Numbered from the stretch's first letter, positions 9,419 through 19,355 are shown. The stretch: DNA of 64,000 nt from an uncultured Myxococcales bacterium (GCA_964454015.1 CAYVQF010000008.1:99258-163257), one strand, 5' to 3'. Made by a program: numbers and translations. Notes: generated by a model from the sequence alone, not told the origin.

Positions 9419-10855
9419 ATGGCATGGCTCCCCAACTTGGCCTCTTGGGTCAGTTGGTTGTGCATAACCGCGCTATCTTGCGTGCTTTTTTGTGTGTCTT
9501 CTGGGGTCGGCGATCCACGCTTACCGATGCAGGCACAGGATTCGAATCCGGACGCCGAAGCGATTCTCTCACGTGTGTTGGATGGACGTGGCTTACGAGC
9601 TTTCCAGTACACGATGGGCGACTTGGATGGCGATGGCTCTGCTGAGATCATTGCGCATGTGATCAAGTCTCCACGGGGAGAGGATGCGTCCGAATTACCC
9701 GAGGCGGACTACAGCGCTTTGATGGTGGTCAGCCAGGGGCGCATGCCACAGGTGCGTCTGGAGATTCCCGATGGGATGCTCTGCCCGCATTGCCCCATTG
9801 GAACACGCGATGGTGGGGCAGTGCTTCCCCGACAAGAGATGGCCGTTCGTGATGGGCGGCTCCATCTTTGTGAGGCATGGGGTGGGGCGTGGTATGCCCG
9901 GGAATGCGTTCGGGCGGTCTTGGATGACGCCGGCGTGTTGCGCGTGGAAAACCATGAAGAGACCGCGGGTTGGTTGGATGGCCCCAGCGAGCACAGGCTG
10001 CGATTCGACTTTTTGTCTCAACACGGTGAGCGTTCCTACACGGCCGTGCCTATCCGCTCTGGTTTCCCGCTGCTGAAGCGCGAGGTGCGTTTCGCCTGGT
10101 TTGTGGCAGAGTACGTTGCGGCTGCGCCAGATCTGGACGAAGGCTTGGACGAAGGCTTGTGGGCGACGGGGTCAAAACGTTATTTTGTTGAGGGTTTACG
10201 AGAGGTGACGGCGCAGGAATTCGTGGCCAGTGAGGTAGGCTTTTCCATCCAAGCCATGTGGCGGGATGATGGTCTGTGGCTGGGTGTCGTCGTGCGTGAT
10301 CCCGATGTGGTCGAGACTTCGGGCTGTGCAGAGGATCTTTCTGCTTATGCCTTTGATCATATGCAGTTATGGCTTGATCTCGGCGCCGGAATGCGTCGGC
10401 CGGGGGTGGACAGCGCTGGGGACATGTATCGCGCTGCTTACCAGGAAGACCCGGTGCGCCACAGCCCTGACGGCAACGTCCATGCTTTTGCCGTACTGCC
10501 GGGACAGGCTGAGGCCTGTGTTCAGCGGATGTTGCGGCTTCCAGATGGGGAGCAGACGCTGCCTATCATGGGTAAGAGCCGCCGCACTGCGCAGGGCTAT
10601 GATGTCAAGATGTTCATTCCTGCAGTGTTTTTCGGGGTCGACTCCCTTTCTGGCTACGAAGGGCGACGTATGGGTGTGGGCTTCAGTGTTTGGGTGCACA
10701 ATGTGAGCAGCGGCGGTGATGTGTTGGCCCACCGCGGATATGGAACGAGTGAGCTTCTGTGGGGTGACCCATTTACCTTTGGGCAACTGCTCATGCCGTC
10801 CTTGCCTCCGGGCTTGCCGGGCTATCCCCTGGACTGGGCGCGTTGGCTGGATTGA
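9419..10855 (+). CDS. Hypothetical membrane-anchored/secreted protein, possibly with a C-terminal carbohydrate-binding (CBM9/DOMON-like) fold
   Basis: Start MAWLPNLASWVSWLCITALSCVLFC is a hydrophobic N-terminus. The C-terminal half has a W/D-rich pattern (AMWRDDGLWLGVVVRDPDVVE...DHMQLWLDLG) reminiscent of CBM9-like domains. It contains an in-frame tandem LDEGLDEGL. The domain call is low confidence. Confidence 0.55.
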   Translation: MAWLPNLASWVSWLCITALSCVLFCVSSGVGDPRLPMQAQDSNPDAEAILSRVLDGRGLRAFQYTMGDLDGDGSAEIIAHVIKSPRGEDASELPEADYSALMVVSQGRMPQVRLEIPDGMLCPHCPIGTRDGGAVLPRQEMAVRDGRLHLCEAWGGAWYARECVRAVLDDAGVLRVENHEETAGWLDGPSEHRLRFDFLSQHGERSYTAVPIRSGFPLLKREVRFAWFVAEYVAAAPDLDEGLDEGLWATGSKRYFVEGLREVTAQEFVASEVGFSIQAMWRDDGLWLGVVVRDPDVVETSGCAEDLSAYAFDHMQLWLDLGAGMRRPGVDSAGDMYRAAYQEDPVRHSPDGNVHAFAVLPGQAEACVQRMLRLPDGEQTLPIMGKSRRTAQGYDVKMFIPAVFFGVDSLSGYEGRRMGVGFSVWVHNVSSGGDVLAHRGYGTSELLWGDPFTFGQLLMPSLPPGLPGYPLDWARWLD

Positions 10856-10956
10856 TTGCCGTGGCGATGGAGTGCGCTGGTCTTGTTCTGCTGCCGGGCC
10901 TGAGCTACAAACGAGAGGCCTCGATTCGTTGCGAAGAGGCCCTGGTATAGGAGGCT

Positions 10957-13188
10957 TTGGTGTCACGTGTGCCCCCGCCCTCGAAAAAGTCTACTTCGCA
11001 GGAGCGCATGCAGCGCATTCGGGAACTGTTGGCCCAGGGAAAGGGTGAGGAAGCGGAGCAACTACTGACGGAGCTCTACGCCCAAGGCCGGCGTGGTTTT
11101 GGCGTGCTCATCGAGTTGGTGTTGGCCAACCTTCTTTGCAACGACTACAAGAGGGCCCAGTTTTTTTTACGTAAGGCCGAGCACTTGCGGGGCAATGATG
11201 CCAGGGTGCTTTGCTACAAAGGTTTTTTTGCGATCCGCGAAGGCTGTGTCGATGCAGGGCTCACTTGGTTTCAACAGAGTTTGGAGCAAGATCCGACCAA
11301 TGTGGATGCCTATCGCTGGCGGGGCTATTGCTCGCTAGAGATGGGTGAACACGGGCGTGCTTTGGCCGATTTTGATCGTGCCATGGGGCAGCGGCGTGAC
11401 GATGTGCAGCTCTATGTGCATCGCGGACTTACCTATCTGGAGCTTGGGCGTCTCCAGGAAGCCCTTTGCGATTTCGAGGCTGCCGTCGAGATTGCACCGG
11501 ACAATGAGAGCGCCCACCTTTATCTCGGCCAGGTCCTCCTCGAGTTGAACGACCCGAGCTCAGCAGAGGAGCATCTCCATGTGGCCGTCGCTTTGGAGCC
11601 ACGTGACTGGGTTGGCTGGGAGGCGCTGGGTTCCCTTTACGCGCAAAGTGGCCGTCTCGGTAACGCGTTGCGGTCTTTGTCGGCAGGCCTTGCCGTGGCG
11701 GGTGATATGCCGGAGCTGTTGCTGCGCATTGGCGAGCTGCTTCTGCAACTTGGTGAGTCAGCTCGGGTGCCAGCGTTGTTGCGGCGGGTGAGCCCCACTT
11801 TAGGCGAATCTGCTAGGGATGGGGATGCCACTGCGCTGGGACAACGGGTGGTCTTGCAGGCTCTGGCTTTGACTATGGAGAAGGATTTCGAGGGTGCTGC
11901 GGTGGAGCTGGCATCGATCCCCGACTTCCTCGCCGATGATCCACATGTGCTGGCACTGCATGCGCTGATAGGTTTCGCGCGAGGTGTCGTTGGGGGAAGG
12001 CATCTCGTGCAAATGATGGGCCTTTTGGCTGCTGACGAGACTTGGACGCGACTCCTGGTGGGCGCGGTCTTGGCCAGTGGCCTTTGTTCACCGGGCGAAT
12101 TGGAGGCATTGCAGGTGCTTTTTCCAATGGCTTCGGATGCCAGAGAGGGCCCAGGGACGCCACTTGGCGCGACCTGGGTGCTGTTGGATGAGGCAGAGAA
12201 GAGGCTGAGCGAAGGTGATAGTGAGGCTTGTTTTGTCAGGATTGCTGCGGTTCTGAAGGACAATCCGACAATGGCGCGGGCATTCAAGTTGCGTGGGACT
12301 TGTCACGTTCTGACTGGAGATGGTGATCGGGCGCTGGCCGATTTCGATCGGGCCATCATGCTGGATGGGCAGGACGGAGAGGCCTTTCGTCTACGGGCAG
12401 AGCTCCGCGCTGGCCGTGAGGAGGGCGCTGAGGCCCTGCGTGACTTTGAGCAGGCCGTGAGTGTCCAACGCGATGCTGTCAACTTGGTGGCTTGGGGGCG
12501 TGCGTTGCTCAAGTCGGAACGCTTTGACGAGGCGCTGTTGGCCTTTGAGGAGGCAATTGAGCGCGAGCCTCGCTATCTACTCGCCTACCAGAGCCTTGGG
12601 GAGCTCGCCATGGATGCGCTCGATCTGTCGGGCGCGTTGAGTCATTTTGCGGCGCTTTGCGTGTTGGGGCCTGGTGAGCCCCAGCATTGGGTGTGGCTGG
12701 CCAATGTGTTTTACGAACTTGCCGAGTTCGATCAGGCTGAACACTATTATCAAAGGGCGCTGAGCCTTGATGCCACCGTGGCAGAGGCTTGGATGAGTCT
12801 CGGCTGTGTGTCTATCGAGCGTGGAAAAATCGAAGAAGCCATCGAGAGCCTCTCAGAAGCCATACGTCACCAGCCAGACTATGGTCGTGCCTATCTCAAC
12901 CGTGGCATCGCCTATATGGACACTTCGCTCTGGGCCTTGGCCGAAGAAGACTTGCAGCAATCGCTGCGCTTGGACCACTTCGAGGCGGATGCGCGCTTTG
13001 CTTTGGCGCGTCTTTGTGCGCGTATGGGTCGTTTTCGTGAAGGCAGTGAGCATCTCTGCCATGCCCTAGCGGGAGTTCCAGACTATGCACGGGATGTTGT
13101 CGCAGAGCCGGATTTCGAGAATCTACGCCGCCTTAAAGAAGTGCGCCGTGCTCTTGCGATGGCCGAGGAGCGCTTAGGATATGAATGA
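10957..13188 (+). CDS. Tetratricopeptide-repeat protein (743 aa)
   Basis: More than 12 TPR-like units with canonical W/LG/Y/A/F/AP spacing throughout (for example AYRWRGYCSLEMGEHGRALADFDRAM). TTG/GTG start next to a TAGGAGG Shine-Dalgarno. Confidence 0.8.
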   Translation: MVSRVPPPSKKSTSQERMQRIRELLAQGKGEEAEQLLTELYAQGRRGFGVLIELVLANLLCNDYKRAQFFLRKAEHLRGNDARVLCYKGFFAIREGCVDAGLTWFQQSLEQDPTNVDAYRWRGYCSLEMGEHGRALADFDRAMGQRRDDVQLYVHRGLTYLELGRLQEALCDFEAAVEIAPDNESAHLYLGQVLLELNDPSSAEEHLHVAVALEPRDWVGWEALGSLYAQSGRLGNALRSLSAGLAVAGDMPELLLRIGELLLQLGESARVPALLRRVSPTLGESARDGDATALGQRVVLQALALTMEKDFEGAAVELASIPDFLADDPHVLALHALIGFARGVVGGRHLVQMMGLLAADETWTRLLVGAVLASGLCSPGELEALQVLFPMASDAREGPGTPLGATWVLLDEAEKRLSEGDSEACFVRIAAVLKDNPTMARAFKLRGTCHVLTGDGDRALADFDRAIMLDGQDGEAFRLRAELRAGREEGAEALRDFEQAVSVQRDAVNLVAWGRALLKSERFDEALLAFEEAIEREPRYLLAYQSLGELAMDALDLSGALSHFAALCVLGPGEPQHWVWLANVFYELAEFDQAEHYYQRALSLDATVAEAWMSLGCVSIERGKIEEAIESLSEAIRHQPDYGRAYLNRGIAYMDTSLWALAEEDLQQSLRLDHFEADARFALARLCARMGRFREGSEHLCHALAGVPDYARDVVAEPDFENLRRLKEVRRALAMAEERLGYE

Positions 13189-13237
13189 CTTCGTTAGGGG
13201 TGGTGGCTGCCCCCCTGTCGTGTGGTGAGTTTGTCTG

Positions 13238-14065
13238 ATGGGCACGAGGATTGGCAGAAGGGCAAAGGTAGACTGGCGAGCGTTGTGGCAGGTTGTGCTG
13301 CTGGGCTTGGTCTTGGTGGTTTGGGTGGGTTCGCTGCGGGCTGAGCTTGCCGCTCGCCAGCAGCGGCCGGTGTTGGTGACTGGAGAAGAGTACACCATGG
13401 TCCCCGGGCACGATGCGTTACGGGTCATGTGCCTGGGTTATGCAACTTTTTGTGCCGATCTCATCTGGCTGCGCGCTTTGCAGTATCGCGGCCGCAGTGG
13501 CGAGCAGCGCCTGGCTCCATTTCTCGCTGACGCCATTCTCTATCTGGACCCTGATTTTGAAGCCGCCTATCGTTGGGCGGCGCTGGCGTTGATTTTTTCG
13601 GGTGGCATCACGCAAGAGGGGGTGACGGCTGCGGCTGGTTATTACGAGCGCGCCATGGAGCGTTTTCCTGACGATGCGCAGTATCCCTATGCTTTGGGTT
13701 TGGCCTGGGCGATGTGGTACCCAGTCTCTTCTCGTGAAGAGCGGGCCGTGGTTCGGGCCAAGGGCATCAAGTACCTTCAAGTGGCCATGCAGAAACGCAA
13801 TGCACCTCCCGGCATTCCGTTGTTGATTTCTGGCTTGCTGTCCTATGACGATGCCGACACGAAGCTGGCCTTCTTAGAGCAGGCGCTGCTGTCGGAGGGA
13901 GATGAGAAGGTGCGGAGGGTCTTGGAAGGTCGTTTGCGTACCATGGCCCATACGGATCGGCTTGCGGCCTTTGAACGTCTTCGTCTTCAGCGTCATCTAT
14001 GGTTAGAGCAGAACTATCCTTATTTGCCGCCGGGTTTGGCATTTCTGTTGGGTGAAGCCGATTGA
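13238..14065 (+). CDS. Hypothetical membrane-anchored protein
   Basis: ATG start and an N-terminal TM helix ALWQVVLLGLVLVVWVGSL. An aromatic-rich periplasmic domain. No recognised family. Confidence 0.55.
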   Translation: MGTRIGRRAKVDWRALWQVVLLGLVLVVWVGSLRAELAARQQRPVLVTGEEYTMVPGHDALRVMCLGYATFCADLIWLRALQYRGRSGEQRLAPFLADAILYLDPDFEAAYRWAALALIFSGGITQEGVTAAAGYYERAMERFPDDAQYPYALGLAWAMWYPVSSREERAVVRAKGIKYLQVAMQKRNAPPGIPLLISGLLSYDDADTKLAFLEQALLSEGDEKVRRVLEGRLRTMAHTDRLAAFERLRLQRHLWLEQNYPYLPPGLAFLLGEAD

Positions 14066-14239
14066 GTCGTCAGCGGCCTTGGTTTGCTGTCTCGGGGGGG
14101 GGGGGATGGTGGTCGGTTGCAAAGGTTGATTTGCCGCTCATCGGGTGATCTGCTATAGACGTTTGGCTGTTGAGGTGCCGACGCCATCTAGTGTCCCTCT
14201 GCGGTGCAGGGCCTTCGTTGACAGAGACGTTGCTTGGGA

Positions 14240-15001
14240 ATGATCATGCATGAATCACCACAGGTGGCTGTAAACTATCAGGCACCAGAGAAACCGGATG
14301 TGTCGATTGTGATCCCCGTGTACAACGAGGGGGCCATTTTATATGCGGCGGTTGCCGGTTTGACCGAGCGGCTGGATAACGAGTTTTCTTTTAGTTACGA
14401 GTTGATTCTATGTGAGAACGGCTCGCGGGACGACACGGTGACATTGGCCCGGAAGCTTCAGGCTCGGCACCCGCAGTTGCGGATTTTGCACTGTGATGAG
14501 CCGAACTACGGCAAGGCCCTGCGCAAGGGGATTGAGGAGGCGCGGGGTGACATCGTTATCTGCGACGAGATCGATCTCTGTAACACAGATTTCTACCGGC
14601 GTGCTTTGATCGAGATCGTGGACAACAACTACGATTTCGTCGTGGGTTCGAAGGCAATGGAGGGAGCGCGAGACAAACGGCCTCCTTTGCGGCGTTTTGC
14701 CACAGGGGTGATTAACACCCTGCTGCGGATCGGATTGGGCTTCCAGGGGACGGACACCCACGGCCTCAAGGCTTTCAAGCGAGAACGGATTCTACCAGTG
14801 AGTCGCCGCTGTGTGGTCGACAAGGACCTCTTTGCGAGTGAGCTGGTGATCCGGGCGCAGCGAGAACGTCATCGGATGATTGAGATTCCTGTCGAGTTGG
14901 AGGAGTTGCGCGCACCCTCGGTGAAGCTCATCAAGCGTGTGCCCGCTGTTTTGAAGGGAGTTGCGCGGTTGGTATGGGTGATTCGGGTGCGCAACCGTTG
15001 A
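14240..15001 (+). CDS. Family 2 glycosyltransferase (dolichyl/polyprenyl-phosphate sugar transferase-like)
   Basis: The GT-A signature VSIVIPVYNEG is present, along with a DxD motif (CDEIDL) and a typical ~250-aa DPM1/GtrB-like length. The ORF track starts at TTG 14234. ATG at 14240 was chosen. Confidence 0.8.
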   Translation: MIMHESPQVAVNYQAPEKPDVSIVIPVYNEGAILYAAVAGLTERLDNEFSFSYELILCENGSRDDTVTLARKLQARHPQLRILHCDEPNYGKALRKGIEEARGDIVICDEIDLCNTDFYRRALIEIVDNNYDFVVGSKAMEGARDKRPPLRRFATGVINTLLRIGLGFQGTDTHGLKAFKRERILPVSRRCVVDKDLFASELVIRAQRERHRMIEIPVELEELRAPSVKLIKRVPAVLKGVARLVWVIRVRNR

Positions 15002-15010
15002 GAGGCCGTC

Positions 15011-15964
15011 ATGGGTGATGCAGTATGTGCCATCAGCGTGGATATGGACGCGGTGGGGTGCTACACCAAGATCCATGGCTTGGCCGCGCATCGCGGCGAT
15101 GATCCGATTTATCATGCAGCCTTGGAGCGGCTCTTGAGCCTTTTTCGCTCCTTTGGCGTGCGGGCGACGTTCTTTGTGGTCGGCGATGATGTCGAGGACC
15201 CTCAGCATGCTGCGCTGCTGAGAGGTGTGGTGGCGCAGGGGCACGAAGTGGCCAATCACAGTCGGCGCCATGTGTACGATTTGCCCCGCTTGGGTTGGGC
15301 CGGCATCCACGAAGAGATTGCGGGAGCGCAAGACCAGATTGAGCGCGCCTGTGGCATCCGCCCCGTTGGTTTTCGCGCGCCTGGGTACAATGTCAGTGAT
15401 GAGGTCCTCGACTGTCTCGAGGCGCTGAACTTTGCGTATGACTCGTCGGTGTTTCCTAGCCCGCCTTATTACGTCGCCAAAGCCTTGGCGATGGCTCTCA
15501 TTCGGCTGCGCGGCAGAAAGAGTGGCTCGGCGATGGTTGATGCGCGAACGCAGTTGACCCCACTGCGTCCCTATTTGCCGCGTGCTGGGGCGATCTTCCG
15601 CCGAGGCAGAGGTCAGACGAGGCGGGCTCTGGTCGAGTTACCCATTTGCGTTTTGCCTTGCTCGCGCTTTCCGGTGATCGGCACCTCTTTGATTCTCGCG
15701 GGTCCCCGCTGGGCGCCCTTTCTCTTACAGAGAGCCATGTCTTTTCACCGTAGTTTTTTGGGGCTGGAGCTGCATGGGATTGACCTGGCCGATCCGGCCA
15801 AAGATGGCTACACCGAGGCGCTGTGCCAGGCGCAGCCAGACTTGCGCCACAGCATCGAGCGCAAGGAAGAGACCATGAAGAGGTCCTTGGAAATGTTGGC
15901 TCGGCACTATCGTTTCGTTACCTGCAGAGAGGCCGCACTCCAGGTGAGCCAGCAAATGCTCTGA
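15011..15964 (+). CDS. Polysaccharide deacetylase (carbohydrate esterase family 4)
   Basis: NodB-homology motifs are present: TFFVVGDD, HEVANHSRRH, RAPGYN. A 9-nt gap after the GT2 gene indicates an operon. Confidence 0.8.
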   Translation: MGDAVCAISVDMDAVGCYTKIHGLAAHRGDDPIYHAALERLLSLFRSFGVRATFFVVGDDVEDPQHAALLRGVVAQGHEVANHSRRHVYDLPRLGWAGIHEEIAGAQDQIERACGIRPVGFRAPGYNVSDEVLDCLEALNFAYDSSVFPSPPYYVAKALAMALIRLRGRKSGSAMVDARTQLTPLRPYLPRAGAIFRRGRGQTRRALVELPICVLPCSRFPVIGTSLILAGPRWAPFLLQRAMSFHRSFLGLELHGIDLADPAKDGYTEALCQAQPDLRHSIERKEETMKRSLEMLARHYRFVTCREAALQVSQQML

Positions 15965-15971
15965 GGGCGCA

Positions 15972-18617
15972 TCAGTCGTTGGAGGGGTCTTCGGCTCCCG
16001 AAGGTGCGGCGGCTAGCACTTTGGGACGCGGGCTGCTCGAGATATTGGCGCGATTGATGGCATGGAGTTCTTGTTCATAGGTTTGCCGATCGACGTGCCC
16101 GCGACTGTGCAAGACGAAGAGGACGGAGCGCATTTTGTTGAGACGATCCGACTGAATGTAGCCCTCGGCGTAGTGTCGGCCGAAGCGAACTGGGTTAGGC
16201 AGAATCGACGCGAGGAATAGACACTCGCGGAGGCTCAGTCGGCTGGCTCTTTTGCGGAAAAAATACTCTGCCGCGCTTTTGATGCCGTAGACATTTGGTC
16301 CCCAGTGCGCCAAGTTGATGTAGAGTTCGATGATCCTCTGTTTGTCGATGTGTTCTTCGAGTTGCCAAGTCAGGAAGGCTTCCTGAAATTTTCGCGATAG
16401 GGTTTTATCTTGGTTGAGGAAGAGGTTCTTGGCGACCTGTTGGCTGATGGTGGAGCCGCCACGCACGATGCGACCTGCCTGGAGGTTAGAGATGAGCGAA
16501 GATTGGATCGCGCGCTGATCGAAGCCGTCGTGATGATAAAAAGCCCCGTCCTCTGCGGCTATGAGCGCTGCAGGTAAGAACTTGGGGACACGAAAGTAGG
16601 GGGTCCAGCCCGCTTCTTGTGGACCAATGAGGGTCGCGCTCGAGGCTGCGTTGACCCGCACGGCGAAGGCATTGGTTTTGAGGAGGGGGATGTCGGCCTT
16701 GGGTCCGTGGTGAACCACGGTCAGCTTGGACATGTCAAAGTGGTGCCTGAGGCGCATGCTCTCGGGCGCGCGGGTGTCGAGGTCGAGGTCAAAGGCCAAG
16801 CCAAACTCACCTTCGAGCACATAGCCCTCTAAAGCGGGGGCGAAGCCTGTGGGCAAGCTGTCAAGGGCTCGCTCGGCTCGCAGGTTCTCTCCAGAGAGCG
16901 TGGTCTTGATGAGCACGTGCCGTCCCTCCCCGGTCTGCTCTACCGTACCCGACAGCACAAACATCAGCTCACCGATGGCGAGGGTTGCGTCTTCGATGTT
17001 GAGTCGACGCTCATGGAGGTCGACCAGGGATTTGATGTCGAGGGTGAGATCGAGGTTCTCGAGGGGCAAGGAAGAGACCCAAGGGATGGTGGTATCTACA
17101 CGGCTGAAGTTGAGGAATCCGTCGAAGTAGAGCAAGCCTTCACTGAGGGGGAAGCGCAACATGGCGCTGCCGTCGATGATGCCTGCGTGAAAGTCTACGG
17201 GACCCGTGTAAGGAATGAAGGACAGCATGGGCCCGGCATCGAAGTGGTCGGCGTCGATTTTCACGGCGAGGTCGAAAGCGATGAGATCGAGGGCGGCGTT
17301 GAGGGTGAGGCTGCCCCGTTCCGCGTTGCCAACGGTGAAGGCGGCTCCGATGCGTTTTTTTCCGTAGTCCAGGCCGATGGCCAGTTGGGGCAGACGAATG
17401 GGAATGGAGGCGGCGAGGCGCTCCATCCAGCCGACGCGTACGGCGACCTCCAGGTCTTCGATGCTGACGTCTGCTTGCTTGTCGATAATCGTGACCACAA
17501 TCTGCGAGGCTTGCAGCGACTCAATGTAGGCCGCGTCTTGTCCAGGCACGCCGATGTGGGTGTCGGTCAATTTGAGATCGTGCAAGACCAAGGCGGGTGG
17601 CCAGCGAAAGGCGACACCGCCGAGCTCGAGGCGGCTGTTTTCGCCAACGAGTTCGCGAATGCGTTTCTGCTGCGGGGCCATGCCGAGGAGATCAGGTGCG
17701 TCGACGAGCTTAACGACAACGCCGGCACGGCGAACGCGGTTGCTGGCGTCGCCAGAGAGCAGTGCGTAGCCCAGCCCATCCACATGAATCGCGCCATCGA
17801 CTTCGAGCTGTTGTTGCTGGCGCCGCACCCAGAGGTCGTCGACCCGCAGGCCCAAGTGGGGCATGGTCCCGTTAGGAGCGCGCAGATCGAGGCGCCCGCC
17901 CATGATATGGATGTCAGGGAAGCGCGAAGGTGCTGAAGATGTGCCTCCGCCGGATGACGTGCCCGTGGAGCTATTCCAGGCTTCGGCAATGCTCTCTAGC
18001 CATGGCCAGTGTCCCCGGTTGTCAGGTCCACCGTCGAGCCAGAGCTCTGCGTGAATACCGTAAACTTCAAGGAGCTTCGCTTGGAGATCTCCCGTGAGCA
18101 TGGCGGCGATGTCGGGATAGATGACGAGCTTCTGAATGCGGATTGGTCCCGGCATCTGTTCAGGGTCTTCGAAGGCTGGCGTGAAAGCGACGCCTTCGAG
18201 GATGATGCCCGTGAGTCCGGCTGGCCGGATGGCATCGTAGTGAAAGGTCCCGTGGAGCTTGTCGCCCATGGATTCGAGCTTGGGATCGATCCTTTTGCGC
18301 AGGAACCACTCGGAACGTACCAAGAGGCTGAGAGCGGCGACGGTCGCTCCGAGCAGCGCGATGACAACAATCAAGCGCAGCAAGACCGTGAGCCATCGCG
18401 TCTTCGCCCGGGCGTCGTGAGGGCGTTCTGGGCACAGCTCGGGAAGCTTATTAGGCCGAGCTCGGCGAACTTTCTGGGGGTGACTAACCCAGGATGAGCT
18501 TGGTTCAAGCCATGGTGATGCGCTCAGTATCTCTGTGGCATCCGTGCCGATAAGTGAACGCTGGGAATTGCGGATCGCCATGGTCTCATCCATGCGTGTT
18601 CTCTGAGGCGCGGACAA
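15972..18617 (-). CDS. Large membrane protein with a C-terminal GT51 peptidoglycan glycosyltransferase (transglycosylase) domain
   Basis: The C-terminal ~200 aa carry GT51 motifs: EDGAFYHHDGFD, GGSTISQQVAKNL, SRKFQEAFLTWQLEEH. There is an N-terminal TM helix (LTVLLRLIVVIALLGATVAAL) and ~550 aa of unassigned periplasmic sequence. Confidence 0.75.
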   Translation of the reverse strand: MSAPQRTRMDETMAIRNSQRSLIGTDATEILSASPWLEPSSSWVSHPQKVRRARPNKLPELCPERPHDARAKTRWLTVLLRLIVVIALLGATVAALSLLVRSEWFLRKRIDPKLESMGDKLHGTFHYDAIRPAGLTGIILEGVAFTPAFEDPEQMPGPIRIQKLVIYPDIAAMLTGDLQAKLLEVYGIHAELWLDGGPDNRGHWPWLESIAEAWNSSTGTSSGGGTSSAPSRFPDIHIMGGRLDLRAPNGTMPHLGLRVDDLWVRRQQQQLEVDGAIHVDGLGYALLSGDASNRVRRAGVVVKLVDAPDLLGMAPQQKRIRELVGENSRLELGGVAFRWPPALVLHDLKLTDTHIGVPGQDAAYIESLQASQIVVTIIDKQADVSIEDLEVAVRVGWMERLAASIPIRLPQLAIGLDYGKKRIGAAFTVGNAERGSLTLNAALDLIAFDLAVKIDADHFDAGPMLSFIPYTGPVDFHAGIIDGSAMLRFPLSEGLLYFDGFLNFSRVDTTIPWVSSLPLENLDLTLDIKSLVDLHERRLNIEDATLAIGELMFVLSGTVEQTGEGRHVLIKTTLSGENLRAERALDSLPTGFAPALEGYVLEGEFGLAFDLDLDTRAPESMRLRHHFDMSKLTVVHHGPKADIPLLKTNAFAVRVNAASSATLIGPQEAGWTPYFRVPKFLPAALIAAEDGAFYHHDGFDQRAIQSSLISNLQAGRIVRGGSTISQQVAKNLFLNQDKTLSRKFQEAFLTWQLEEHIDKQRIIELYINLAHWGPNVYGIKSAAEYFFRKRASRLSLRECLFLASILPNPVRFGRHYAEGYIQSDRLNKMRSVLFVLHSRGHVDRQTYEQELHAINRANISSSPRPKVLAAAPSGAEDPSND

Positions 18618-18803
18618 AAACTCGTCCGTTCAGGATGCGCGTCCATCCATAGACGCACAGCGATTGAAGTTGGCTAACACGGTGCGCAGGGTGGGGCAAA
18701 TTTTGTGGTCCCCTGTGATTGACGCGTGCTAAGTTGCGAGGATTGGATTGGGCCTCTTCGCCGGCGGCGGTTCGGCTGCGAGAGTGCGCGAAGGACGAAC
18801 GAC

Positions 18804-19355
18804 ATGGAGCGAGAAGCCTTTCAATATCAAGCGCAGTACTGCGAGGAAAACATCTGGCATCTTTGCCAATCACCGCACGTAGCAGGGGAGCTGGCGCATG
18901 TGGCCTTCGTGTCGAATCGAGAGGCGTGTGTCGCCCTCCGCCGGCAGCGTTTATCGCAGCGCGAAGACGGGGTGGTCGTCTGGGACTATCACGTCATTTT
19001 AATCGCTGGGTCTGGGGGGACTGAGTGGATGATTTGGGATCTGGATACGACACTGCCTCTGCCCTGCGAGGCGCATCATTATTTGCGTGAGAGCTTTGAT
19101 TGCCTTGAGGGCTTAGGTGCCCCGCCGGCATTTCGCCTGATCAGCGCCGAGGCCTATGTCGCGGGGTTCTGGTCTGATCGACGGCATATGGCGACGCAAA
19201 GAGGCCCCATTGCGGCGCCACCATCTTGGCCACCGATCATGGCGGGGTCATTGACGCTTGAACGTCTCTTAGACTTTGATGCCGACGCGGACTCGGTGCT
19301 GGATATGGAGTCGTTGCGGCAACGCCTGGGGGGGCGCCCACGTCAGGTGGGCTGA
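18804..19355 (+). CDS. Protein N-terminal glutamine amidohydrolase (NTAQ1/WDYHV family) homologue
   Basis: Hallmark motifs of eukaryotic NTAQ1 are present: YCEENIWHLC (human CYCEENIWKLC), WDYHVILI (WDYHVVLL) and WDLDTTLPLPC (YDLDTVLPFPC). Start at MEREAF, the internal ATG of ORF 18726-19355. Confidence 0.75.
   Translation: MEREAFQYQAQYCEENIWHLCQSPHVAGELAHVAFVSNREACVALRRQRLSQREDGVVVWDYHVILIAGSGGTEWMIWDLDTTLPLPCEAHHYLRESFDCLEGLGAPPAFRLISAEAYVAGFWSDRRHMATQRGPIAAPPSWPPIMAGSLTLERLLDFDADADSVLDMESLRQRLGGRPRQVG

Noticed and set aside
9043-9420. Small ORFs (70-126 aa) in the ~540-bp region upstream of the 9419 gene
   Set aside because: They are short, overlapping and Arg-rich. This is more likely a promoter or 5' UTR region.
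10131-10157. Tandem 12-bp duplication ggacgaaggctt x2 (LDEGLDEGL)
   Set aside because: It is a single duplication inside a coding region. It is most likely a trivial slippage event with no evident function.
16917-17936. 339-aa plus-strand ORF
   Set aside because: It is antisense to the GT51-domain membrane protein and has no motifs.
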